NCBI RefSeq assembly: GCF_000143415.4
Contig: NW_003314297.1
Span: 1,456,890 to 1,520,889, forward strand
From: Selaginella moellendorffii
Taxonomy: Eukaryota > Plantae > Lycopodiophyta
Length of the DNA stretch: 64,000 nucleotides
Reading direction: 5' to 3'
Part shown: positions 26,538 through 38,565 of the stretch, piece after piece
Numbering within the stretch: position 1 is the stretch's first letter
How the letters are laid out: every line of letters starts with the position of its first letter
Made by a program: the position numbers and the translations under genes
The notes under the pieces: generated by a model
What the model saw: the letters and a program-made list of their open reading frames with translations, nothing else
What the model was told of the DNA's origin: nothing
Database searches by the model: none

Positions 26538-26561
26538 TCCCACTTTAACGAAATAGAGCTT
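26538..26561 (-). repeat. Right terminal inverted repeat
   Basis: TCCCACTTTAACGAAATAGAGCTT, followed by the TSD AGAG and resumption of the LTR. Confidence 0.97.
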
Positions 26562-27804
26562 AGAGGGATATTAGGGAAGGCTATTCCCCTTGTCGGTGGG
26601 CATCCTAAGGATGTTAAGGAGTGGATCTGAGATGACCACTCACGGATGGTTTGCCTAGTCTTGGAGAGCCAAGACTGTGATGCAAGTGGTATTGGACTAT
26701 CAGTGTGGCAAAGGTGATGGGGCATGGCCTTAGCGTAACAAGCTACCATGTCGGTGGTACCTTTGAGTGTCGGTCATGGGATCGGACACGTGGAGCACTT
26801 GGACCAAGTGCAAATGTCGAGTGGCATGGATACCATTCTCGGGGCTAGCAAGTCCCAAGTCTTGAATTGGACTTATGGAGGTTGTGAATGAGACTCCTCC
26901 AAGTGGTTAGAGGTGTGGTTAAGTGACTAAAGTAGAATGGAAAACTTAGTCGTTTACAACTTGGTATCGGAGCTGTTCCTTAGTCCGACTTTTATTGGTG
27001 CTCAAGTATATCACCACTGGTGTTGGCATTGGAAGGTCCGAGGAGTGGGCCTATCCTTGAGGAGTAGCAAGTCGGGAAGACATGGCTCTCCATTATAGTT
27101 CATGTGGGAACTTGTAGACAAAGTGGTGGATAGAAAAGGGCCAATAATGGAACGACTTTAGGATCTTGGGAACAGTATATGGTTTTCCTCAGAGAGTTGA
27201 GGATGTGATCTAGATGAGCGTTTGACTTAGCAAACTGGCTAATGTAATTGTGGTAAACAACTACAATTGGGATCACGGGAAAGATAAAGACTCCAAAGCA
27301 ATAAAGGAGTCACAAGATTTTCCTTATATAGTTGAGATTGGTGCTCATGAATGTGAGACCAGAAGTAATGACCGTGGGAGGTCAAATACGGAAGAGGACT
27401 CAAGTCCTTGAAATGGTAGCTGGGGCTACCTTTAATAAATGCTGGAACAACCCAAGGAGTTGGGGGGTGTATTTAGAGATGAGTGGTATTCTCATCACAT
27501 GGACAAGTAGTCCTAAGGGGCAAGGGTTGCCCCTAGAGAACAAAATCAAGTGTCAGAGTAACACTTGTGAAAATAGTCCTTTTGAGTAGGACAGGATTGC
27601 AAGAAGTGTATTCCAGTGAGCTAGTGCCTCACAAGTAGGACCTTACGGGTCTGTGGATTAACCAAGTCCAAAACTGCCGGATGACTCAAGTAGAGTCAAG
27701 GGATGGTCCTAAAAGGACTGATGGAAGCATTTGGACTGAGGTGTGTTGTACCCCACAAAGGATGGGGGGGGATCATAGGATCCAAGGATGAGAACAGAGG
27801 GTAT

Positions 27805-29569
27805 TGTAAGCGACTAATTTTTCCATTCTACTTTAGTCACTTAACCACACCTCCGACCACTTAGAGGAGTCTCATTCACAACCTCCATAAGCCCAACTCA
27901 GGACTTGGGCCTTGCTAGCCCCGAGAATGGCATCTATGCCACTCAACCTTAGCACTTGGTCCAAGTGCTCCACGTGTCCGATCCCATGATCGACACCCCA
28001 AGGTACCACCGACATATCGGCCCGTTACGCTAAGGCCATGCCCATTTACCTTGGTCACACTGGTGGTCCAACACCACCTACATTCCAATCCCGTCTCTCA
28101 GAGACTGGGTCATCCATCCATGAGTGGTCATCCCAGATCCACTCCTTAACATCCTTAGGATGCCTACAGACATGGGGAATAGCCTTCCCCAATATCTCTG
28201 TTCCGGTCCCCACCAAGTCCCTTTCTGTCCTTGGCTGTGTTCGCCAACACTGCCACTGGATCGAGGCCCACCGGCCCAACCACTAAGTCCCACTATCCTC
28301 TAGGACTTCCTCACTGTGTGACTGTGTCCTTGGTCACCACACCGGAGGGCTACCCCTCTTCCTTTCCACAGTCTGGGACTTTGGGACACCATTTCGGAAC
28401 ACTGTGGCCTTACGCAAGCCTCATGGGTACTCTCCCCGCCTTTCGTCTTTAGGTGCTCTAGCCATGGGCTTAGAGCGAGGTTCCGTTGAGCCACACCAGG
28501 TATCCAAGTAGGTAGTGCCACCCACACTTGGACTGGGAGCATCGGCTAGTCGATCTCCCGGGGGAACTAGAGCCGGCTCTTGAACACTTCACCAAGCTAC
28601 CCCGCTTGCCGGTCCGTGTTCACTCTAGTCTTGGACTTCCCAGTGGGCAGCTCATCACCCAACACTGGGTCCGGCCTTCCTGGGCCAAACTGGCCTTTCC
28701 TGGCCAAATTGGCTCCACTGCAGTCCTCCCCCTACTATACTTTTGGAGCTCACCAAACCCCCCAGGGTCTGGGAGACGAACGCTTTGGGCTTTCACCCTC
28801 TCAGGCTCCGAACTTGGACTCGGACTCGGACTCGGACTCGGACTCGGACTCGGATTCGGACTCGGACTCGGGCTCGGGCTCGGTCTCAGCCTCAGCCTCG
28901 GTCTCGGTCTCGGTCCCGATCTCGGTCTCAGTCTCAGTCTCGGTCTCGGTCCCAATCTCGGTCTCGACTTCGGACTCCATCTCGGACTCCATCTCGGACT
29001 CCATCTCAGACTCCATCTCGGGTCCATCTCGGACTCCATCTCGGACTCCATCTCGAACTCCATTTCGGGTCCATCTCGGACTCCACTTCGGACTCCAACT
29101 CGGGTCCATCTCGGGTCCACCTCGGACTCCACTTCGGACTCCATCTCGGACTCCACTTCGGACTCCATCTCGGACTCCATCTCGGGTCCATCTCGGACTC
29201 CACTTCAGACTCCAACTCGGGTCCATCTTGGACTCCACTTCGGACTCCAACTCGGGTCCATCTCGGACTCCACTTTGGACTCCAACTCGGGTCCATCTCG
29301 GACTCCACTTCGGGCTCCAACTCGAGTCCATCTCGGACACTCCCACGTGTCATGTGTTGGTCCTTTTGGGTCCCTTTTTGGAGCCTCGCCTTTTGCTCGC
29401 TTCGTGCTCATTCCTCGAGCACTTCGTTGGGAGTTCCACTCCCGCTCTTGACTTTTCAAGTCGGAGCTTTTGGTCCAAACGTGTTACGCTCGTTTGGCTC
29501 TCGCTTCGGCCACTACCATGTGGCGCCCTTCCGGCTCCACTTTGGGGCCTAGGGATTTTGTGTCTCACA
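27805..29569 (-). mobile_element. Family-A solo LTR (inverted)
   Basis: TSD GGTAT (27800-27804 / 29570-29574). The empty site 'cagagggtatctcatc' is seen at 33481. Confidence 0.92.
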
Positions 29570-30863
29570 GGTATCTCATCGACGGCAAAATGTGCCATGC
29601 TAAAGTTATGGGAAAAGTGTTCCCAGAAGAAAACAACTTTGACACAAAGTTGTGTGTGACCTCTATGGTGCAGTGCTAATGGATGGTTGGCATGAGAAAG
29701 AGTGGTGTTGGTCTTGGCAAAGACTTAGACACGAAGGGGAAGTGTCATAGAGGTAGGCTCGTGGAGCCGATGGTGTGGAGACACCAAATGTGCCAAGGTG
29801 TGATACCTTGAGGCTATGTTGGTGGGTTCATGAGAACCCCTTGCCAAAAAAATCCCAATGGAAATGGGAATGGCATAGCCTAAGCTGCAGAGCATGCAGT
29901 TGGAGTGTGGTGACCCAGATAATGATGGAGGTGTGAAAGCACCAAGCAATGAGTTGCAGGACTTGACAACTATGAGGCAATTAAGCAAGAGGTGCAAAAT
30001 AACTGGTTAAACGGGTAGAAGGTAGCTACCCAAGACTTTTTAATAGCATAGGGAAGTTGGATATACCCTTACGGGGGATAAGTTGCTTGTGTTGCGATAT
30101 AGTAAGTCAATGTCATAAAAGGAAATACTCATTGTCAAGAAAGCCATCATTGGGACACTCGAACACCCTAGAACACCAGAAGTTGGTGTTTGATGTCGTA
30201 AGGGCAATGGATAACGCCCAAGGGATTAAGTCCCTAGCGAATGATGGATAGAAGGTGCTATCCAAATGTCCAAGGTTGCGGAGACAGGAAAGGACTGTCT
30301 ACCCGAGTTGGACAAAGCCAAAAATGGAATTTTGGCAAGGCTAGTGATGGGCATGTAAAGGCCCATAAGCAACAATGTAATCCCAGTGTGTGGGATTATA
30401 AGGTGAGCATACCCGGATTGAGGAACCACTCCCTGGGCTGTTGGGTAGGTTCATCCCTAAGAATACTTGCTAAGGCTTGATAGAAAGTGCAAAGCTATCC
30501 TCCTGGTCTAGAGGAGAATGACCGAAGGAAAGGTGTGAAGCCAAAAGCAAGAAGTAAGGGGATAGAACCGAACCATAGGAATTGAAGGGCATAAACCAAG
30601 ATTGGTTATGGCAGCTGGGAGTGGAGAATCAAGTGGGGGCTCAAGGGTGTTGCCACTAGCAACTGTGATGCCATGGAGAGTCTAAAATATGGAATTGTCT
30701 ATGTTAGACTATGTGGCAATTGGAAAGCTTGCAAAAAGGGAGGCCTTAGCAAGCTAAGGGACAGAGTTCCTTCAAGGTTCCCAAAGACGATTCTAGGTAG
30801 CTTAGTACTTAGAAAGGCCAAGTGTAAATGGTTCATAAAATGCGCGAAATCAGAGTGGCGCAG

Positions 30864-31491
30864 TGTGAGACACAAAATCCCTAGGCCCCAAAGTGGAGCC
30901 AGAAGGGTGCCACATAGTAGTGGCCGAAGCGAGAGCCAAACGAGCGTAACACGTTTGGACCAAAAGCTCCGACTTGAAAAGTCAAGAGCGGGAGTGGAAC
31001 TCCCAACGAAGTGCTCGAGGAACGAGCACGAAGCGAGCAAAAGGCGAGGCTCCAAAAAGGGACCCAAAAGGACCAACACATGACACGTGGGAGTGTCCGA
31101 GATGGACTCAAGTTGGAGTCCGAAGTGGAGTCCGAGATGGACCCGAGTTGGAGTCCGAAGTGGAGTCCGAGATGGACCCGAGATGGAGTCCGAGATGGAG
31201 TCCGAGATGGAGTCCGAGGTGGACCCGAGATGGACCCGAGTTGGAGTCCGAAGTGGAGTCTGAGATGGACCCGAGATGGAGTCCGAGATGGAGTCCGAGA
31301 TGGAGTCCGAGGTGGACCCGAGATGGACCCGAAATGGAGTCCGAGATGGAGTCCGAGATAGACCCGAGATGGAGTCCGAGATGGAGTCCGAGATGGAGTC
31401 CGAGATGGACCTGAGATGGACCCGAGATGGAGTCCGAGATGGAGTCCGAGATGGAGTCCGAAGTCGAGACCGAGACCGGGACCGAGACCGG

Positions 31492-31533
<42 letters not shown>

Positions 31534-34500
31534 GATCGGGACCGAGACCGAGGCTGAGGCCGAGGCCGAGACCGAGCCCGAGCCCGAGTCCGAGTCCGAA
31601 TCCGAGTTCGAGTCCGAGTCCGAGTCCGAGTCCGAGTCCGGAGCCTGAGAGGGTGAAAGCCCAAAGCGTTCGTCTCCCAGACCCTGGGGGGTTTGGTGAG
31701 CTCCAAAAGTATAGTAGGGGGAGGACTGCAGTGGAGCCAGTTTGGCCAGGAAAGGCCAGTTTGGCCCAGGAAGGCTGGACCCAGTGTTGGGTGATGAGCT
31801 GCCCACTGGGAAGTCCAAGACTAGAGTGAACACAGACCGATAAGCGGGGTAGCTTGGTGAAGTGTTCAAGAGCCGGCTCTAGTTCCCCCGGGAGATCGAC
31901 TGGCCGATGCTCCCAGTCCAAGTGTGGGTGGCACTACCTACTTGGATACCTGGTGTGGCTCAACGGAACCCGCTCTAAGCCCATGGCTAGAGCACCCAAG
32001 GGCAGAAGGCGAGGAGAGTACCCAGGTGGCTCGCGTAAGGCCACGGTGTTCCGAAATGTTGTCCCAAAGGCCCAGACTGTGGAAAGGAAGAGGAGCAGTC
32101 CTCTGGGGTAGTGACCAAGGACACAGTCGTGTGGTGAGGAAGTCCTAGAGGACCGTGGGACTTAGTGGTCGGGCCTGTGGGTCTCGATCCAGTGGCAGTG
32201 TTGGCAAACACGGCCAGGGGCAGAAAGGGACTTAGTGGGGACTAACAGAGGGATATTGGGGAAGGCTATTCCCCTTGTCGGTGGGCATCCTAAGGATGCT
32301 AAGGAGTGGATCTGAGATGACCACTCACGGATGGTTTGCCTAGTCTTGGAGAGCCAAGACGGTAATGCAAGTGGTATTGGACTACCAGTGTGGCAAAGGT
32401 GATTGGGCATGGCCTTAGCGTAACGGGCTGCTATGTCGGTGGTACCTTTGAGTGTCGGTCATGGGATCGGACACGTGGAGCACTTGGACCAAGTGCAAAT
32501 GTTGAGTGGCATGGATGCCATTCTCGGGGCTAGCAAGTCCCAAGTCCTGGATTGGACTTATGGAGGTTGTGAATGAGACTCCTCCAAGTGGTCAGAGGTG
32601 TGGTTAAGTGACTAAAGTAGAATGGAAAATTTAGTCGCTTACAACTTGGTATCGAAGCTGTTCCTTAGTCTGACTTTTATTGGTGCTCAAGTATATCACC
32701 ACTAGTGTTGGCATCGGAAGGTCCGAGGAGTGGGCCTATCCTTGAGGAGTAGCAAGTCGGGAAGACATGGCTCTCCATTACAGTTCATGTGTGAACTTGT
32801 AGACGAGGTGGTGGATAGAAAAGGGCGAATAATGGAACGACTTTGGGATCTTAGGAACAGTGCAAGGTTTTCCTCATTGAGTTGAGGATGTGATCCGGAT
32901 GAGCATTTGTCTCAGCAAATTGGCTAAGGTTGTTGTGGTAAACAACTAAAGTTGGGATCACGGGAAAGATGTAGACTCCAAAACAATAAAGGAGTCACAA
33001 GTTTATCCTCACATGGTTGAGGATGGTGCTCATGAAGGTGAGACCAGAATGGATGACCGTGAGAGGTCAAGTACGGAAGAGGACTCAAGTCCTTGAAATG
33101 GTAGCTAGGGCTACCTTTAATAAATGCTGGAACAACCCAAGGAGTTGGGGGGTGTACTTAGAGATGAGTTGGTATTCTCATCACATGGACAAATAGTCCT
33201 AAGGGGCAGAGGTTGCCCCAGAGAACAAAAACAAGTGTCAGAGTAACACTTGTGAAAATAGTCCTTCTGAGTAGGACAGGAATGCAAGAAGTGTATTCCA
33301 GTGAGCTAGTGCCTCACAAGTGGGACCTTACGGGTCTGTGGATGAACCAAGTCCAAAACTGCTGGGTGACTCAAGTAGAGTCAAGGAAAGGTCCTAAAAG
33401 GACTGATTGAAGCATTTGGACTGAGGTGTGTTGTACCCCACAAAGGATGGGGGGGGGATCATAGGATCCAAGGATGAGAACAGAGGGTATCTCATCGATG
33501 GCAAAATGTGCCATGCTAAAGTTATGGGAAAGGTGTTCCCAGAAGAAAACAACTTTGACACAAAGTTGTGTGTGACCTCTATGGTGCAGTGCTAACGGAT
33601 GGTTGGCATGAGAAAGAGCGGTGTTGGTCTTGGCAAAGACTTAAACACGAAGGGGAAGTGTCCTAGAGGTAGGCTCGTGGAGCCGATGGTGTGGAGACAC
33701 CAAATGTGCCAAGGTGTGATACCTTGAGGCTATGTTGGTGGGTTCATGAGAACTCCTTGCCAAAGGAATCCCAATGGAAATGGGAATGGCATAGCCTAAG
33801 CTGCAGAGCATGCAGTTGGAGTGTGGTGACCCAGATAATGATGGAGGTGTGGAAGCACCAAGCAATGAGTTGTAAGACTTGACAACTATGAGGCAACTAA
33901 GCAAGAGGTGCAAAATAATTGGTTAAACGGGTAAAAGGTAGCTACCCAAGACTTTTTAATAGCATAGGGAAGTCGGATATACCCTTGTGGGGGATAAGTT
34001 GCTTATGTTGCGATATAGTAAGTCAATGTCATAAAAGGAAATACTCATTGTCAAGAAAGCCATCATTGGGACACCCGAACACTCTAGAACACCAGAAGGT
34101 GGTGTTTGATGTCGCGAGGGCAATGGATAAAGCCCAAGGGACTAAGTCCCTAGCAAATGATGGATAGAAGGTGCTATCCAAATGTCCAAGGTTGCGGAGA
34201 CAGGAGAGCACTGTCTACCCAAGTTGGACAAAGCCAAAAATGGAATTTTTGACAAGGCTAGTGATGGGCATGTAAAGTCCCATAAGCAACAATGTAATCC
34301 CAGTGTGTGGGATTATAAGGTGAGCATACCCGGATTGAGGAACCACTCCCTGGGCTATTGGGTAGGTTCATCCCTAAGAATACTTGCTAAGGCATGATAG
34401 AAAGTGCAAAGCTATCCTCCTGATCTGGAGGAGAATGACCGAAGGAAAGGTGTGAAGCCAAAGGCAAGTAGTATTGGGATGGAACTGAACCATAGAAATC

Positions 34501-37413
34501 AAAGGGCATATCCAACAGTGGTTATGAAAGTTGGGAGTGGAGAATCAAGAGGGTGCTCGAGGATGTTGTTGCTAGCAACTGTGATGCCATGGAGAGTCTA
34601 AAATATGGAATTGTCCATGTTAGACTATATGGCAACTATAAAGCTTGCGAAAGGGGAGGCCTTAGCAAGCTGAGGGACAGAGTTCCTTCAAGGTTCCCAA
34701 AGACGATTCTAGGTAGCATAGTACCTAGAAAGGCCAAGTGTAAATGGTTTATGGAACGCGCGAAATGAGAGTGGCGCAACAGAAGCATGGTCTTGAAGCT
34801 TGCCATGAGGCAAGGTTATCAAGGTTAGGGAAGTAGTTCCCGAGTGTTCAAAGAGAGGGCTTTGAACGAAAGTCGATGGTCAAGGACTTTCACGCTTATG
34901 CAGGAACCATGTTACAATGGTCGGAGGACTTGCCAAGTGAGATTGGCACGTCGGGGGAACAAAGACCCTAGTTGAAGGTGATAACTTCAAAAAGGGTGGG
35001 CCATGGGGCCGAGCATGGAGGAGTCCATGCATGATCACAGACATGTCAAGTGAGAGGACTTGGCAGTGTGGAGGAACTAGGTTCCTAAGCTGTGATCTGT
35101 AGCGCGCTTTAAAAATAGGTTGGTGCACCGGCGTGGGGAGTCACGCCAGGCATCTTGTGTGATGCCGTCCGTAGATGCATATACGGAGGTTGGGTTCGAG
35201 TCCCGACCCTCTAGTGCTTGGGTTCGAGTCCCAAATCACTAGGGCGTGGTGATGGTTTGGAATATGAGGACACTCATATTTCGGTGGTCATGGACTCTCA
35301 GTGGGGAGACTGGTTTGGGCACACCGCCAAGCGAGGGATGCCTCGGAGTCGTGATGCACGGTTAGATTGCTTAGTGTGAAAGCTCGGCATATCTAACTTG
35401 AACGCTTTGGTGCGAGTGGCACCAAGGACGTGGTGAGTGAGATGGGGACACCTAATCTCAGTTGTTATGGACCCTTGGCCGGAAGGGCTGGCTTGGGCGC
35501 ACCGCCAAGTGTGGGGGATGCCCCCGGGGTCGTAGTTAACAAATTAAAGGTCTGGAAGACCTAGTACCTATTGGCAAACCTGTTAAGGTGCCGAGGTGAG
35601 ATCACTAGGTGATCTTGTGGCTAAATAAGGACAAGGTCCTTGTTTGGGTTAAGGAATAAGGTTCTTAGTTCAAAGTGTTGATTTGAACTATTGATGATGG
35701 TGTGGCTTGGTCAAGGTGACCAAGTGGGAAAAGCACTCTAGGGAAATGAGCTATGTCATTGCGATGGCATACTGTGTCCAAGGAAAGTAGTCTCTAAAGA
35801 GACCCATGGGAGGGTCACAAAGTTGGGCCGTGGATAGAGCCCACAGCAGAAGATGCTAAAGAGACTTACTAGGGGCGAACACCCTAGTCTTGGCAAAGCA
35901 GAGCCTTTGCTATGGAATCACAAGAATACCTCAAGGAGGGAGGTAGAGATTCGATGTTGCTTGGTGCAACAATCAACGGATAGGAGCAAAAGATGAGTGG
36001 CCAAGATAGGGCCGTGGAATCCCTTGGAAGGAATCCAAGTGACAAAGTTAGGCGAGGAACACTAATGTGTTGAACGCTAACAAATTCCGGAAAAGGAAGT
36101 GTGTTTCCAAGGATGAATTCCGAATTGCTCTGATTTGGCGAAAGTGAAAGCTCCAAGGGAGGGAGCGGTAAGGTAGCCAAATGATAGGGCCATGGACAGC
36201 CCTAGCACAAAGTATGATAAATGGAACTTAGTGCCCAAGGTGGCACGAAATAGAAGAGAGGATGATGGTGCCCTCAAGTAATGAGCTTCCTAGGATGGGG
36301 AAGTGGAGTTGCACAATCTGTGCAATGCAAGGTGTTGGAGACACCTAGGAAATTGACTTCCAAAAGTCAAAAGAGTAAAAGTTCCAAGGTGCAAACGTTC
36401 AATAGATGGAAATTGAGACTACTCGAGAAGGAGTAGCGGGATTGACTTAGAGAAGGGTCTCTAAGAAGTTTAGCGAGAACTAAACCAATAAAAGGAGAGA
36501 ACCACTATATGTGGTCCAATCAGTCTCTAAGTTGGAGAGACTACCCTCCTTAGAGGATAGGCAAGGCATGGTGAGCCTTTGGTGTCAAACCATTGAGGCA
36601 TATGCAAAAGGCATGGTGAGCCTTCAATGTCAAACCATTGACGAATATGGAGAAGGCATGGTGAGCCTTCAATGTCAAACCATTGACAAATATTGGCTAG
36701 GTGCCAAGGATGGAAATGGTAACACATGCGAGTGTTACTTTAAAAAATGGTTTACCGTTCGATGAGGACATCAAACTTCGTCTATGGGTGGTGGAGTTGT
36801 GAGACACAAAATCCCTAGGCCCCAAAGTGGAGCCAGAAGGGTGCCACATAGTAGTGGCCGAAGCGAGAGCCAAACGAGCGTAACACGTTTGGACCAAAAG
36901 CTCCGACTTGAAAAGTCAAGAGCGGGAGTGGAACTCCCAACGAAGTGCTCGAGGAACGAGCACGAAGCGAGCAAAAGGCGAGGCTCCAAAAAGGGACCCA
37001 AAAGGACCAACACATGACACGTGGGAGTGTCCGAGATGGACTCGAGTTGGAGTCCGAAGTGGAGTCCGAGATGGACCCGAGTTGGAGTCCGAAGTGGAGT
37101 CCGAGATGGACCCGAGATGGAGTCCGAGATGGAGTCCGAGATGGAGTCCGAGGTGGACCCGAGATGGACCCGAGTTGGAGTCCGAAGTGGAGTCTGAGAT
37201 GGACCCGAGATGGAGTCCGAGATGGAGTCCGAGATGGAGTCCGAGGTGGACCCGAGATGGACCCGAAATGGAGTCCGAGATGGAGTCCGAGATAGACCCG
37301 AGATGGAGTCCGAGATGGAGTCCGAGATGGACCTGAGATGGACCCGAGATGGAGTCCGAGATGGAGTCCGAGATGGAGTCCGAAGTCGAGACCGAGACCG
37401 GGACCGAGACCGG

Positions 37414-37455
<42 letters not shown>

Positions 37456-38565
37456 GATCGGGACCGAGACCGAGGCCGAGGCCGAGGCCGAGACCGAGCC
37501 CGAGCCCGAGTCCGAGTCCGAATCCGAGTTCGAGTCCGAGTCCGAGTCCGAGTCCGAGTCCGGAGCCTGAGAGGGTGAAAGCCCAAAGCGTTCGTCTCCC
37601 AGACCCTGGGGGGTTTGGTGAGCTCCAAAAGTATAATAGGGGGAGGACTGCAGTGGAGCCAGTTTGGCCAGGAAAGGCCAGTTTGGCCCAGGAAGGCTGG
37701 ACCCAGTGTTGGGTGATGAGCTGCCCACTGGGAAGTCCAAGACTAGAGTGAACACAGACCGATAAGCGGGGTAGCTGGGTGAAGTGTTCAAGAGCCGGCT
37801 CTAGTTCCCCCGGGAGATCGACTGGCCGATGCTCCCAGTCCAAGTGTGGGTGGCACTACCTACTTGGATACCTGGTGTGGCTCAACGGAACCCGCTCTAA
37901 GCCCATGGCTAGAGCACCCAAGGGCAGAAGGCGAGGAGAGTACCCAGGTGGCTCGCGTAAGGCCACGGTGTTCCGAAATGTTGTCCCAAAGGCCCAGACT
38001 GTGGAAAGGAAGAGGAGCAGTCCTCTGGGGTAGTGACCAAGGACACAATCGTGTGGTGAGGAAGTCCCAGAGGACCGTGGGACTTAGTGGTCGGGCCTGT
38101 GGGTCTCGATCCAGTGGCAGTGTTGGCAAACACGGCCAGGGGCAGAAAGGGACTTAGTGGGGACTAACAGAGGGATATTGGGGAAGGCTATTCCCCTTGT
38201 CGGTGGGCATCCTAAGGATGCTAAGGAGTGGATCTGAGATGACCACTCACGGATGGTTTGCCTAGTCTTGGAGAGCCAAGACGGTAATGCAAGTGGTATT
38301 GGACTACCAGTGTGGCAAAGGTGATTGGGCATGGCCTTAGCGTAACGGGCTGCTATGTCGGTGGTACCTTTGAGTGTCGGTCATGGGATCGGACACGTGG
38401 AGCACTTGGACCAAGTGCAAATGTTGAGTGGCATGGATGCCATTCTCGGGGCTAGCAAGTCCCAAGTCCTGGATTGGACTTATGGAGGTTGTGAATGAGA
38501 CTCCTCCAAGTGGTCAGAGGTGTGGTTAAGTGACTAAAGTAGAATGGAAAATTTAGTCGCTTACA
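30864..38565 (+). mobile_element. Recent full-length non-autonomous family-A LTR element (LTRs 30864-32643 and 36798-38565; 4.15-kb non-coding interior)
   Basis: TSD CGCAG (30859-30863 / 38566-38570). Near-identical LTRs (1,780 vs 1,768 bp, one 12-bp unit different). PBS TGGTATCGAAGC at 32647 and PPT at ~36786-36796. No gag/pol ORF in the six-frame track. Confidence 0.93.
31096..31640 (+). repeat. LTR-internal minisatellite/microsatellite: 11/12-mers (ATGGAGTCCGAG / ATGGACCCGAG), then 6-mers (GAGACC, GAGTCC)
   Basis: Present in every family-A LTR (~6430, ~12350, ~28810, ~37030, ~40870, ~52960), with a related array in family C. Source of the many low-complexity ORFs. Confidence 0.95.

Larger units (their letters stand above)
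13366..26561. mobile_element. 13.2-kb Sola1-like DNA transposon with cargo gene
   Basis: Perfect 24-bp TIRs and 4-bp TSD AGAG (13362-13365 / 26562-26565). The empty site 'gactgacagagggatattag' is visible in the sister LTR near 42086. Encodes a DDD-type transposase. Confidence 0.93.

Noticed and set aside
31096-31640. Regularly repeated short units resembling a CRISPR array
   Set aside because: No unique spacers, eukaryotic context, no cas genes.
31645-31680. Hammerhead-ribozyme-like CTGAGAG...GAAAG in the family-A LTR (retrozyme idea)
   Set aside because: Does not fit CUGANGA-stem II-GAAA; the GAAA is the hairpin loop, and CTGA is absent in other copies.
32507-32523. GTGGCATGGATGCCATT in family-A LTRs resembles the transposon palindrome arms
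   Set aside because: The spacer is far shorter than in the 22-bp motif; treated as coincidental, though it could be tested in a binding assay.
35185-35242. tRNA gene
   Set aside because: T-arm/B-box only; no D-arm, anticodon arm or cloverleaf could be built.
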